DNA of 63,456 nt, the filler included, from Octopus bimaculoides (Eukaryota), in assembly GCF_001194135.2 (NCBI RefSeq). It is 4 parts of 3 records of this genome, joined end to end, with 100 filler letters (N's around TTAATTAATTAA, not from the genome) between each part and the next. Parts side by side here need not be neighbours in the genome. Positions count along the whole stretch, not along the records: positions 1 to 20,158 come from NC_068981.1; 3 more parts are not named here. The stretch is one strand, 5' to 3'. The notes beneath the pieces were generated by a model that made no database searches, was not told the DNA's origin, and worked only from the letters and a program-made list of their open reading frames with translations. Numbering within the stretch: the first letter of the stretch is position 1; every line of letters begins with the position of its first letter. Both the position numbers and the translations under genes were made by a program. This document shows positions 1 through 13,249 of this stretch, piece by piece.

Positions 1-40
<40 letters not shown>

Positions 41-262
41 GTATGTATGTATGTATTTATCTATGTATGTATATGTGTGCCATGTGTGTGTATTTGTGTT
101 TGTGTTTTTCATTGTTTATGTCTCCATAACCTAGTGGTTCAGCAAAAGAGACCAATAAAGTAGAAGACTTTAAAAATAAGTATTGAGATTGATTTGTTCT
201 CCGAAATACTTCATGGCAGTGCCCCAGCATGGTCACAGGTAATGACTGAAACAAGTAAAAGA
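41..262 (+). mobile_element. 3' half of tRNA-derived SINE (family A)
   Basis: Diverged match to the 3' body and tail of the full copies at 21721 and 23769 (CAGCAAAAGAGACCAATA ... CCCCAGCATGG ... AATGACTGAAACAAGTAAAAGA). Confidence 0.6.
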
Positions 263-710
263 TGGAAATGGTAAAAGAAAAACAAAAGTAATGTATTTCA
301 AAAGAAATAAGGTAACAAAAGGGTTAATACCTGTGACTTTCTACTCTTAACACAAGTTTCAAAGATTCTGCCCTGGTAATACAGAAAAAAACATTGTTTC
401 TTGCCAACAGTAGTGTAGTAATTATTTGATGTCTTTCTTACTTTCTCCATTATTATTTCATTGCTTCTGATACTAATTAGGTCACCTGGGTACAGAAGCT
501 ATCTATTACATCTAATGAGCCATCTCAGTTGTCAATAGATTTCTTTTACTGTATACCTGTATTCTGGGTTTTTTTCTTATCTATGACTAATTAGTATTTT
601 GGTACTTAACATGTTGAATTATAGGCCTTTGGAATTTAGACCAGGAACTGATGACTATTTTGAGCAGGTGAAACATGACAAAAATATTTTCATATCTTGT
701 AGACCTGAGT

Positions 711-1248
711 TAGTGGTTCTCAACTGGGGTTCACATGGCCCTTGGGGGGTCCATATAAGATTTTGGTGTTAAAATTTATGCATAATAAATCAGTTATACT
801 TCTACAATACACAAGATATTTTACTCTTTTATTCTTTTACTCTTTTACTTGTTTCAGTCATTTGACTGCGGCCATGCTGGAGCACCGCCTTTTAGTTGAG
901 CAAATCGACCCCAGGACTTATTCTTTGGAAGCCTAGTACTTATTTTATCAGTCTCTTTTGCCGAACCGCTAAGTTACGGGGACGTAAACACACCAGCATC
1001 GATTGTCAAGCGATTTTGGGGGAACAAACACAGACACAAACTTACATATATATATATATATANNNNNNNNNNNNNNNNNNNNNNNNNNNNNNNNNNNNNN
1101 NNNNNNNNNNNNNNNNNNNNNNNNNNNNNNNNNNNNNNNNNNNNNNNNNNNNNNNNNNNNNNNNNNNNNNNNNNNNNNNNNNNNNNNNNNNNNNNNNNNN
1201 NNNNNNNNNNNNNNNNNNNNNNNNNNNNNNNNNNNNNNNNNNNNNNNN

Positions 1249-1287
<39 letters not shown>

Positions 1288-1587
1288 TATGACAGGCTTC
1301 TTTCAGTTTCTGTCTACCAAATCCACTCACAAGGCTTTGGTTGGCCTGAGGCTATAGTAGAAGACACTTGCCCAAGGTGCCACGCAGTGGGAATGAACCC
1401 GGAACCATGTGGCTGGTAAGCAAGCTACTTACCACATAGCCACTCCTGCGCCTAACAACTTTTTTTTATACAATTCTTAATAATATTTGATTATAAAAAT
1501 ATAATGGAATCTTTTTAAAACTTCATCTTAAAGTAGAGTAAAATAGGAATCGAAGGGTCCACAGGAAAAAATGATTGAGAACCACTG
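711..1587. mobile_element. Non-autonomous hAT-type MITE with nested SINE
   Basis: TIRs TAGTGGTTCTCAA (711) and TTGAGAACCACTG (ends 1587). 8-bp target site duplication ACCTGAGT (703-710) / TCCTGAGT (1588-1595), 7/8 match, which is typical of hAT. Confidence 0.75.
821..1453 (-). mobile_element. tRNA-derived SINE family A, full length, internal (TA)n with N gap
   Basis: Reverse complement of the family A head (AGGCGCAGGAGTGGCTATGTGGTAAG...GGTTCATTCCC), body and (TAAAAGAG)-like tail. Confidence 0.85.
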
Positions 1588-1752
1588 TCCTGAGTGAATA
1601 AAAGAAAATGAGACTATGGCAATACAAGGTTACCAAAATAGTTTGTTTTAATTTTTTTAATGTTGGCTGTTGCAAATAAAAGAACCACTGTACATTTAAC
1701 CCTTTTGGTTTGCAATGCACCTGAGACTATCTCTGGTTCTATATTAAAGTAG

Positions 1753-1990
1753 TCATCATCATCATCATCAACATTTAATGTCTGTTTTCTGTGCTGGTAT
1801 GGGTTGGATGGCTTCACTGGAACTGGCAAGGCCAGGGGCTGCACTAGGTTCCATAGTCTGTTTTGGCTTGGTTTCTATGGCTGGATGCCCTTCCTAACAC
1901 CAACCACTCTGTAGAGTGTATACCGAGTGCTTTTTATGTGGCACCATCACAAGTACTTTTTACATGATACCAGCACCAGTGTTTTTTATG
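1753..1990 (-). mobile_element. RTE-associated repeat (family C) ending in (GAT)n
   Basis: Reverse complement of the conserved block GTGGTTGG..TTAGGAAGGGCATCCAGC...CCAACCCATGCCAGCATGGAAA with a (CAT)n tail. Confidence 0.7.
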
Positions 1991-3479
1991 TGACATCAGT
2001 ACCCACACCAATGTTCTAAATTAAAACCATCCATCCATTTTGATCACCTACTATTTCAGGGAGGTTTGTAGGGGTTGAGTCCTCAGGCACTTCCTTCATA
2101 GACTTCTAACAAGATCTATCATTCTAAACTTCCTGGCTGGATTCCCAAGCATGACCAAACAAAAATGTGGATAGTATTCAACTATAAAAACCTTTCTTCA
2201 AAATTCCACGTTAATTTTTGTTTCAAACACCAACTTAATAATAACAGAATTATTTTATTAATTTCTTCATTATTTTCAAAATTAATTGTAACCAAAGCAA
2301 TGTATTTCTACAGACATATTGTATTGAAAGAGTTAATCATGTAAAAAAAAATGGTATGTAATATATGTGCAATGGTATGCTGTGACGTGTTAAAAATATT
2401 TTGAGTCAGGCTGAATGAGAGCAAATTATGATATTGGAGCAAAAATGGTACCAGCCATCAAGGAGACTTGTTTCAAAGTAAAAGTGGTACCAACCATGGG
2501 AGGTCTTGTAGTTTCAGGGTTAATGCAGCACCAGTCAATTTCCATGTTTTCTTTAATGGACAAATAAACATTTCTTTTTCACACTTGCTTTTCTTAGAAT
2601 TGATTATCCCTTTAAACTGTATTTTTACAAAATATGAACCTCTGTCAGTCTTTGCTGCTTTGTTAATTTAGGAAAATAAAAAATATTTCCTGCTTAAAAT
2701 ATCTTACCTGAAGACTTTCATTCAATAAAGGGATCTCACTGTTTTGCATTAATATAAAACTTTGAATCATTTGTGGACACTCCAAAAATGAGACTGTTAC
2801 CCTAACTTTTAGTAATAAATTTTATTATTCACAAACCAATAACTGGAAAAAAAAAATAACAACAAAAAAATAACAATGAATATTTGCATGTAACTTTACA
2901 TATTCAATAAAATCAGTGGACTGAATAAAATGAAGCTGTGAAAGGTAACTGGCCCATGGACCATATTTGCATATCCCTGCTGTAGACTGTAGTCTATGGC
3001 AGGGATGTGTAAACTACTGCAAAACTTTCAAGCAAAGAATAGGTATTCCATGCTTGGAAGTTTTGCAGTAATTCTTCAACAGAGTATACAATGAGAACCA
3101 AGCCATCTGCATATAAAAGATCCTTCTTTGTCTACCCTATACATTTTTCTTTTCTGAATTTATTTATCATGTTTGTTTCATTTTCCTGTCTCGTTCTCTC
3201 TGGGTTTTTTTTCTACTTTGTTTCAGTGTATTGTTATTTATTCATATATTTTTTTGTACTTATCATACTCATAGATTTGCAAACCTATAATTTGCTCTTA
3301 CTCAGAGAATTACATTAAAAGAAATGTGATTTCAACAGCTGCAATGAAGGGCTAGCCTATTTAACAGATAGATCACTCTGAAATGAAAATAGCCAGCCTT
3401 GAACCATAAATAAATAAATAGATAAATAAATAAACAAATAAACAAATAAATAAATAAAAGACAAATAAACAAAAACCAC

Positions 3480-5130
3480 TGAATGCTATGCTGGCATTTT
3501 CACTGTTGAAGATCTAAATGTACCCTCTTCAACTGTGAGATCAAATTCTATAACATCTGTGAAATTCACACCCGCAATGCTGTGATGCCACCTCAAGAAT
3601 AAGCACAACTATGCCTCTCCTGGTCTTGATGATGTTACTTATCTGCTTCTCAAACATGCCAGGTCCTTTCTTCTGTACCAGCTTTCATTCTTCTTTCAAT
3701 TCTGCCTTAATAACCGTGTCACTCCATAGCCATGGAAAATTGCCAGTGTTGTTCCCCTCTTCAAAAAAGGCGATTGCACATCACCTGTCAACTACCATCC
3801 AGTCAGCCTTACTAGCTGCATTGCCAAACTGATGGAGTTCTGTATCAGAGAAATGCTCTGGAACTTTTGGAGCTCTCACAGCCTTATTCGACCCTCACAA
3901 TTTGGATTTATCCATGACTCCAGCTGCTGTAGCCAACTCATCAAATTTCTTGAGGATATCACCCAAATTACTGATGGCGGCTCATGAATAGATGTTATTT
4001 ATCTTGATTTTGCCTTCAATTCTGTGCCGCACAAACGAGTCATGGCAAAACTCTCTGCAATGGGTATGAAAGATGATCTCTATAACTGGTTGAAGTCCTT
4101 CATTCTTGGTCAAAAAGAGGTAGTTACAGGACATCATTCTTCACTCTATGAGATAACATCTGGTGTACCACAGGGACCCATTCTTGGACCCCTACTGTTT
4201 GTTGCATATATTAATGACATACATGCCGACTTGAAGAATGTTACAGTATTGAAATATGCTGATGAAATCAAGTTATACTTTGAGATAAAAAGAACAGATC
4301 CTATATGCTATAGATCTTTCCTGCAATCAGACTTGGACACAATGCAGCAGTGGATTACTGACTGGCAACTCAAGCTGGCTGTGGACAAATGTTTCACCAT
4401 GCACTTTGGGAGGAAAAACCCAGCTTTTACATACTCCCTCAGCAACACCAGTCTTAAAAAAGCTGTTTGTGAACTTGATCTGGGTATTATTGCCACCAGT
4501 GATTTGTGTTGGACAAACAACATCTCTAAGATTGTCAAGAAGGCTGAGGGTGTCTTAGCATCACTCAGTAAGACCTTTGCCAGCTGCTCTCCACCTATCT
4601 ATTTAAAACTGTGTATGACTATAGTATGTCCACACTTAGAGTTTGCATCACCAGTCTGGAACTCCTGTCTTGCTCAGCATATCAATCTCCTGGAAACTGT
4701 TGAGGAACATGCAACCAAATGGATATCCACCATCAGGCATTTACCATACCATACTCTGAATGTCTTGCTTCCCTGGGTATTGACACATTGAAACTCAGGC
4801 GTCTGGCAACTGACTTGGTAAACACCCACAAAATTATTCACCATTTTTCCAGCCACAACTTTGGGCACCTTTTTGAATTCCATATGCCAAACACTCATAG
4901 ACATCCTTACAAAATTTCCATGCTTCCTGAAATTTGCTGACAGTATACCTAATGCTTTTTTTTTTTTTCTTGTAGGGCACCTGAGCACTGTATACAACAA
5001 TTTCATTATTATAGAAACTGGTGTTATGATAACTTATACCACAAATTAGTACTAACATGCTATCTGGTTAAACACTGCCTTCTGACTCTTACTTGAAGAT
5101 AGCACAATATCTTAATGTCATTCCTTTTTA
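3480..5130 (+). mobile_element. Degenerate CR1/Jockey-like LINE reverse transcriptase region
   Basis: ORF 4024-4791 carries RT motifs GVPQGPILGPLLFVAYIND and LKYADE (YADD-like), plus CPHLEFASPVWNSC. Upstream frames read PVSLTSCIAKLME and VIYLDFA. Stops and frameshifts are present. Confidence 0.85.
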
Positions 5131-5499
5131 GAGATACCTCATAGAATCACAAATCATCAAAACTTAAAAGTGGAAAAAATTTACCAGTGAAGTTTTGTTT
5201 GAGAGTTAGGAGTTTTAAATGTAGATGACATCTCAAAAGGTTGTGTGCTTCATCAACTGGCATTAAGTTAATGAAGGATTCTCTACATGATCACTCAACC
5301 TGCAAGAAATAACAGCCAAATTTCCCTTAAATCACCTCCACCCATCATAAAAAGATGAGGTGGATACAGCTGAACTATTCTTTGATTGTAGGTCTACTCA
5401 GTGAAGTTGCCCTGGGTTTAAACAGTAACAACAATCCTATCACCTGACACATAGTCCTGTATATTTTCTTCTCTGTTTTATTATTAATTTCCCTTCTCA

Positions 5500-6200
5500 A
5501 TAAGTGCAGGATTCCAAGAAGGTCATTGACTATCAGCTGTCCTTTGCATGGATTTAAATACAGTGCTTAACAACATACTATGAGCTTTGGTTGTTTCCTC
5601 TTCCTCTTCTTCACTAATCATCCATTTTACTTTACAGTTCTGATGAAATATTCAAGAAATAAGAAACAATTAGCTGGAGAATTTTCTCTCTGCTGTGCCA
5701 ATATCTGTGGCCTTCAGTTCAACCTTGATCTTACTACCATCTCATGTAAAGCAGATCTTATTCATATGCAAAACACAAATTTCTCATCCTCTATCTCTAG
5801 CTCATACTCCCTTCCGCACCACTCCCTATATTCTGATTTCATTCCAAAAGATGATATCTACACTTGCATAGTCCTTTTACCACTCCACCTCCTTCACCTG
5901 TATGTCAGCAACAAATATTTCCAGTTAGTCTGGCTGCAAGTCTATTCCTGTAAGTTCGTATGCTGTTTCTTCCATTCATTACCTACCGTTATTTAACTAT
6001 TTCTTATTCTCCTGCATCAAGGGTATCTAATCTCAATTCGCATGTCTCTGAAGCCTCATGTTCTGACATTAATATGCATACTTCTTCCTGGCTCTTGTAT
6101 TTCTTCCACGTAGATTGCTGGTGCAGTGACCCAATGATTTATCATTCTGAATTATCTGCACCATTTAATTCTCTCAATGATACACAGATACCCCAAACAC
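5500..6200 (+). mobile_element. Highly decayed LINE 5' region / AP endonuclease remnant
   Basis: FSLCCANICGLQFNLD resembles the APE N-terminal motif (xNIRGL). Otherwise heavily degenerate. Confidence 0.45.
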
Positions 6201-6584
6201 TTGTAACTCTTTCTCATCTTTGAACAAAGGGATAAACTTTATTCAAGCAGATTGATCACTGCTCGGCCATATGACCTCAGCTTAATCATGACAACCCATT
6301 AAACAATGTCATCCTACTGTACAAGTACCTCACTCACCTCAACTTCTTAAATCTAGCAACCTTGGGACCTGGCTATTATCAGACTATGGAAAAGTGTCAG
6401 AAAAGAGAAACTGAGCCTAATGCATGCTCCTATATAAACATATTCTTGCTTTCTCATTCCACTTATTTATATATTAATGTTCTTTGAAAGAAAAATATTT
6501 AAACAGGAAATATGATTAATTATTCTTCCAAATAAGATTCTTAACGTTTTGTGAAATATGAAGTCTAAAACCCAAAATTCAAAA

Positions 6585-6893
6585 CATACTGGCCAGTGCT
6601 GGTGACATATGAAAGGCACACATGCCAATGACATGTGTGGGGCACCTGTGCAAGTGACACATAAAAGGCACACATGCAGGTGACACATAAAAGCACCCAT
6701 GTCAGTGACATTTAAAAGATACCCAGTACATTCTGTAGAGTGGTTGGTGCTAGAAAGGGCATCCAACTGTAAAAACCAAGCCAAAACAGACTGGAGTCTG
6801 GTGCAACCCTCCGGCTTACCAGTTCCAGTCAAATTCTCTAACCCATGCCAGCATGGAATACAGGCACTAAATGATGATGATGATGGTACCGGA
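6585..6893 (+). mobile_element. RTE-associated repeat (family C)
   Basis: Short GGTGACACATAAAAG-type units followed by the conserved GAGTGGTTGG...GAAGGGCATCCA block and a (GAT)n tail. Confidence 0.7.
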
Positions 6894-7009
6894 CCATGGA
6901 GTGCTGGATTTAAGCAGTCCAACCTGTATTTTAAATCTGTTAGTTGGTTGGCTTTGCCATTTCTCCACAGGCTACTCTTGTCAACAAGTGTAAAAAGGGT
7001 GAAAGGTAA

Positions 7010-7340
7010 AGACTCCCTTCGGTCATGAGTGACCATGGGATTGCTCCTAGAAAGTTCCCCTCCAAGGTACAAGCCTGGGCAAAATTGTTTATGGAAGACT
7101 AGCAGTCATCCATGCATATCAGCCTCCACTCTCAACCAATGTTATCCAAGTTATGCCACCAATGTTATCCAAGGGAAAGGCAAAGGCTGATGCAGCTTGA
7201 CATCAGTGACATTGCAGCTAATTTCTACAGCTGAGTGAACTGGAGCAACATGAAATAAGGTGTCTTGCTCAAGAACACAAGACACAGTCCAGTCCAGGAA
7301 TTGAACTCATTACCTCATGATTGTGAACTTGATGCCCTAA
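7010..7340 (-). mobile_element. SINE family E (tRNA-like head, RTE-like 3' tail)
   Basis: Reverse-complement match to the copy at 16868-17178 (TTCTTGAGCAAGACAC, CCAGTTCACTCAGCTGTAGAAA, CCCATGGTCA..CATGACCGAAG). Confidence 0.7.
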
Positions 7341-7687
7341 ATACTGAGGCATGCACCTTCAGAAAGTGTACTGTACCTTTAATGTGTTCATTAGATGACT
7401 TTTACCACCTAGCTATGCCCCTCTACATTACAAAAATCTCACAAGCTCTAAGTCTCCAAATGACTCTCCTATCAGCTGTACTACAACTGTACAGATATAG
7501 AACTCTGCATTTCTCATAATGGGATAGAGGCCTTAAGGGTTGAAAAAGGGTATACAAATTGCTATGTTGGCAAAAATTAAAATGGTTTCACACTTTTTAA
7601 ACTTGTTCAGTATCATGGTGAGGAAAAACAGTTTATGTAGATGAAAACTTTATTTTATCTTCTCGTTAGTAAAGAGCAGGAGAAAGG

Positions 7688-7900
7688 CAGGTGATGAGTT
7701 GGCAGAATTGTTAGCATGCTGGGCAAAATGCTTAGTGGCATTTTGTCTGTCTTTATTTTCTGGGTTCAAATTCCTCTGAGGTCAACTTTGCCTTTCATCC
7801 CTTTTAGGGTCAATAAAATAAGTACCTGTTACACACCGAGGTCAATATAATTGACTTACTCACTTCCCCAAATTGCTGGCCTTGTGCCAAAGTTTGAAAC
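7688..7900 (+). mobile_element. SINE family B, CpG-decayed copy
   Basis: TGGCAGAATTGTTAGC head, GGTTCAAATTCC B-box, and core GTCAACTTTGCCTTTCATCC...AATAAGTACC. Confidence 0.7.
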
Positions 7901-8280
7901 TAAAAAAGTGGGAGAGGGGCAAAAATTTAACAATATTGGGAGAATAGGTTAAACATTTGTTGTACTGAGAACTTTGAGCCTAAATCACATTTGTATTTTT
8001 AGATGACAACAAGACTGTTATATTTTCATGTGCATGAGAGAACTTTTACATGCTCATTCTGATTGCTAGAAATAGCAATCAAATCTCTCTCAAATCATAC
8101 CCTATTATCTGAAATAAGATTGAACACATTGGATTTACAGTCCAAGATTCACAAAAAAAAAAAAATGGCTTTGTCATAGTTGGAATGTTCTTGGACCAAA
8201 TGTCTGTTACTGATATTTTTTTATCTGTTATCCTTATTTATGTTTTATTATTTCTCCAATTTGTTTTTACCTATTTTTAT

Positions 8281-8750
<470 letters not shown>

Positions 8751-10227
8751 ATATATAAAATTTTTCTCTGGGAATACCTCATAAGCATTTGACACATAAG
8801 CTTCACCAAGGATTCTATCTGATCCCAACTTCAGCCTTCCAGTCCAATTTATAAACTCCATTATGTTGTTGATTTGTCATATTTTCCTGATACAATCTAT
8901 GAGAATGATTTAGTAAACAGTTTGATTAAACCATGTGATGTCTACAACCTGTATTTCTCTATTCTCTGTAATAAAATCCAATATTTCTTTTCTTACTGTT
9001 AGATAAGCTTCTTATATGTATTACTATCTTTCATTCCTTATTCAAATGGATTATAAGTTAGCTTCTCTATTGATTTGTTTTGTTTTTCACGTTTTATATT
9101 TTTGTTTTCTTCCATTTATATTAGTTCTTCTGAAAGAAAGCTTCAGAGGTCAGTGACCTGGTATGTTTTGAGAAGAGCGAAGAATAAGATTAGCACAGAC
9201 AGCCATTACATCACTATTTTTCTACACATCCATTTTTCCCAGGATAGCAGAAATAACATGGCTTTAGTTGGAAGAAGTGGTTAATTGCTTTTGGAGATAA
9301 AGCTTTTCACTAAAGCCAAACACACATCTGTACCAGCCAATGGGGGACCATCTATGAGGCTGAGAAATAGTAGCCAAAGCTCAAGAAATAGAAATAATAG
9401 CCTAAGATCCTTCAAATCACTATCTACCATTTAAAAGAAGAAAGGAGAATTTATTTGATCAATGTGGTCCATGTCAGAGAGAGAGAGAGGGAGGAGAGAG
9501 AGAGGGAGGAGAGAGANNNNNNNNNNNNNNNNNNNNNNNNNNNNNNNNNNNNNNNNNNNNNNNNNNNNNNNNNNNNNNNNNNNNNNNNNNNNNNNNNNNN
9601 NNNNNNNNNNNNNNNNNNNNNNNNNNNNNNNNNNNNNNNNNNNNNNNNNNNNNNNNNNNNNNNNNNNNNNNNNNNNNNNNNNNNNNNNNNNNNNNNNNNN
9701 NNNNNNNNNNNNNNNNNNNNNNNNNNNNNNNNNNNNNNNNNNNNNNNNNNNNNNNNNNNNNNNNNNNNNNNNNNNNNNNNNNNNNNNNNNNNNNNNNNNN
9801 NNNNNNNNNNNNNNNNNNNNNNNNNNNNNNNNNNNNNNNNNNNNNNNNNNNNNNNNNNNNNNNNNNNNNNNNNNNNNNNNNNNNNNNNNNNNNNNNNNNN
9901 NNNNNNNNNNNNNNNNNNNNNNNNNNNNNNNNNNNNNNNNNNNNNNNNNNNNNNNNNNNNNNNNNNNNNNNNNNNNNNNNNNNNNNNNNNNNNNNNNNNN
10001 NNNNNNNNNNNNNNNNNNNNNNNNNNNNNNNNNNNNNNNNNNNNNNNNNNNNNNNNNNNNNNNNNNNNNNNNNNNNNNNNNNNNNNNNNNNNNNNNNNNN
10101 NNNNNNNNNNNNNNNNNNNNNNNNNNNNNNNNNNNNNNNNNNNNNNNNNNNNNNNNNNNNNNNNNNNNNNNNNNNNNNNNNNNNNNNNNNNNNNNNNNNN
10201 NNNNNNNNNNNNNNNNNNNNNNNNNNN

Positions 10228-10262
<35 letters not shown>

Positions 10263-10299
10263 GTATAAGTATATTTCCCGATATGGAAATACACTTATA

Positions 10300-11620
10300 T
10301 ATAAGCAAGGTCTAGAATCAAAGAGCCTTAGAGTTAACCTAGCAAAAACCAAAGTCTTAGTAAGTAGGAAGGCAGACAAATCACAAGTCCCTTCAGGTAG
10401 ATAGCCCTACTCAGTCTGTAGAAAAGGTGTAGGTAGTAGCTCTGTAAGATGCACCCAGTGTAAGTTTTGGACATATAAAAGGTGCAGCAGTATCAGAGGA
10501 AGATTAACAGGGAAAATAGCTTTTGTGTGTGGTAGATGCACAGGTACAATAAACACCGAAAGTATACAGAAAATAGACTCCATCAACTGTCATGAGAGTA
10601 AGCTAGAGGTCGTAGATAGCTTGTTACCTAGGTGATCAAGTTAGTAGTGGAGGTGGATGCTCTGAGAGCATAGCTGTCAGAATAAAATTAGGCTGTGCAA
10701 AATTTAGAGAGCTCCTGCCTCTGCTGGCAACAAAGAGCCTCTCTCTCAGAGTGAAAAGCAGATTGTATGATGCCTGTGTGTGAACAGCTATGCTACATGA
10801 CAGTGAAACATGGGCTGTGACAGCCGAGGACATGTGTAGGTTTGAAAGAAATGAAGCCAGTATGCTTCACTGGATGTGCAATGTCAGTGTGCATGTTCAA
10901 CAGAGTGTAAGCATCTTGAGAGAAAAGTTAAGCATAAGACACATCAGATGTGGTGTGCAAGAGAGGTGACTGCACTAGTATCATATGATGTGTATGGACA
11001 AGGACAGGTGAGAAAAGAAGTGCTGATCTCTAACTGTGGAGGGAACCTGTGGTAGAGGTAGACCCAGGAAGACATGGGATGAGGTGGTGAAGCATGATCT
11101 CCAAATTTTGGTCCTCACAGAGGCAATGACAAGTGACCAAGACCTTTGGCGATATGCTGTGCTTGAGAAGGCCTGTCAAGCGAAGTGAAATCAGTTGTGG
11201 CAGATACTGGTGTCGCACAAATGGCATCCATGTGGCACGTAAAAACATTTTTCAAGCATTGGGCCTTACAGAGGCAAGGACTGAGACCATTTTGCATTAT
11301 GCCAGGCTTCGAGTGTTGGGCCTCAAGGAGGAAATGACTGAGTCCATTTGGAATTATGCTGTGCTTGAGAAAAAGATCCATCAAGCCAAGTAAAACCACA
11401 TTCATGGCAGATACTGGTGTCATGCCAGTGGAATGTAAAAGTACCCATTACACTCTCGGAGTGGTTGGCGTTAGGAAGGGCACCCAGCTGTAGAAATCAT
11501 GCCAAAACAGACGGGAGTCTGGTGCAGCCTTCCAGTTTGCCAGCCCTGGCCAAACCACCCAACCCATGCCAGCATGGACTATGGACGTTAAATGATGATG
11601 CTGATGATGATGATGATGTA
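10300..11620 (+). mobile_element. 5'-truncated RTE-clade LINE (3' ORF2 with PHD-like insert) plus family C tail
   Basis: Frames read GLRVNLAKTKVLV, a Cys-rich segment at 10408-10539, SFxYLGD, MLHDSETWAVT and GRGRPRKTWDEVVKHDL. These are followed by reiterated 3' segments and the (GAT)n-terminated family C block. Confidence 0.85.
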
Positions 11621-12017
11621 TGTACGTACGTATGTATCATTTACATTGATCACTCTTCTGTACAACCAAATTATTTCTCCTTCTCAACCATCATACATCT
11701 GTCACTCTCTCTATGTTCTACATCTGCCTCTCTTCCAAGTTACCACACTCTCATGCAACCTAACACCCACATATAATCTCTCTCACCACAATAAGTTTAT
11801 AAGATATTTTCTTTTTAAATTCAGAACACAAATGTAGAAGTATCAAGAAATATGTAAGTTTTTCCTAATCATATATCTCAAAGTGAATTCAGGTACATTC
11901 AGGTATAAATAATAGTTTATAATACATTAGACAAAAAAACCTTGGATTATAAGGTATTATTTATAGTTGAGTTCCATTCAAACTACATCTTTAACAAAGA
12001 TATATATATTTTATATA

Positions 12018-13249
12018 TAGGGGTTGGACAAAATAATGGAAACACCAAGCATCATAGTATCATAATTTTGAAATATCTATAAAATCGTCAAAAGCTTGTT
12101 TATTTTTATGTTTTTTGATTTATTATTAGTGTTGCTTAATACGTTTGGCTAAAATTGCTGTTTTTTTTCAGAAATGACAGATCTATCAGACTTTCAAAGA
12201 GGTCAAATTTTTGGTGCTCGTATGGCAGGTGCTAGCATGACGAAAACAGCCGAAATGTTTGGTGTATCAAGAAGTACTGTCTTGAAAGTAATGACAGCCT
12301 TTGAGAAAGAGGGAAAAATCTACTTGTCGAAACAAAACTCCAGAAGAAAACCAAAACCTTCAGATGGGGACTGTTGGACTCTTACGCAAATTGTTAGAAA
12401 GGATCAGAAAAGTACAGCTCCCAAAAGTACTGCAGAGCTTAATGACCACCTCAAGAACCCAGTTTTCACAAAAAACTGTTCGCCAGGATCTTCATAAAGC
12501 CGGATTTCACAGGAGGTTTCCAGAAAACCACTGCTTTCGAAAACAAACATTGCAAAGCATTTAGAGTGGAGTAAAAACCTACAGAATTGGTCCCTAGAGC
12601 AGTGGAAGAATGTTATTTTCTCAGAAGAGTCATCCTTTACCTTATTTCCGACCACCAGCTGAGTATACGTGTGGAGACAGCCAAAAGAAGCATTTGACCC
12701 AGACTGCCTTCTTCCACCTGTTAAACATGGAGGAGGATCAGTAATGATCTGGGAGGCAATATCTTGTAAATCTGCTGGCCCAGTGGTTTCCCTTCATGGC
12801 ATTAATAGCCAAATCTATCTAAGCATTTTATCTGATCGAATTCATCCTATGGTTGCGGAACTGTTTCCGGAGAGAAACGCAATCTTTCAGGATAATAATG
12901 CACCAATTCACACAGCTAAAGTTGTTACTGAATGGTATGAGGAACATTCTAGTAAAGTTGAACATCTTATCTGGCTACCACAGTCATCAGATCTCAATAT
13001 TATTGAACATTTATGGTGCATTTTAGAAAAACACATAAGGAATTGATATCCTCCACCATCATCACTACACGAACTGGAGACTTTTAGCTGAAGACAGGAC
13101 AAAAATTCCTTTGGAAACAATTCAAATTTTGTATGAGTCCATACCTTGTAGAATTCAAGCTATAATTACTGCCAAAGGTGGTCCTACCCCATGCTAGTAT
13201 AAATTTGTTTGAAATTTTAAGGTGCTTCCATTATTTTGTCCAACCTCTG
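12018..13249 (+). mobile_element. Full-length defective Tc1-like DNA transposon (DD36E-like spacing)
   Basis: 29-bp TIRs (TAGGGGTTGGACAAAATAATGGAAACACC / reverse complement CAGAGGTTGGACAAAATAATGGAAGCACC), TA on both flanks. Frameshifted transposase: HTH region MTDLSDFQRGQIFGAR, then VKHGGGSVMIW, FQDNNAPIH and PQSSDLNIIEHLW. Confidence 0.92.
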
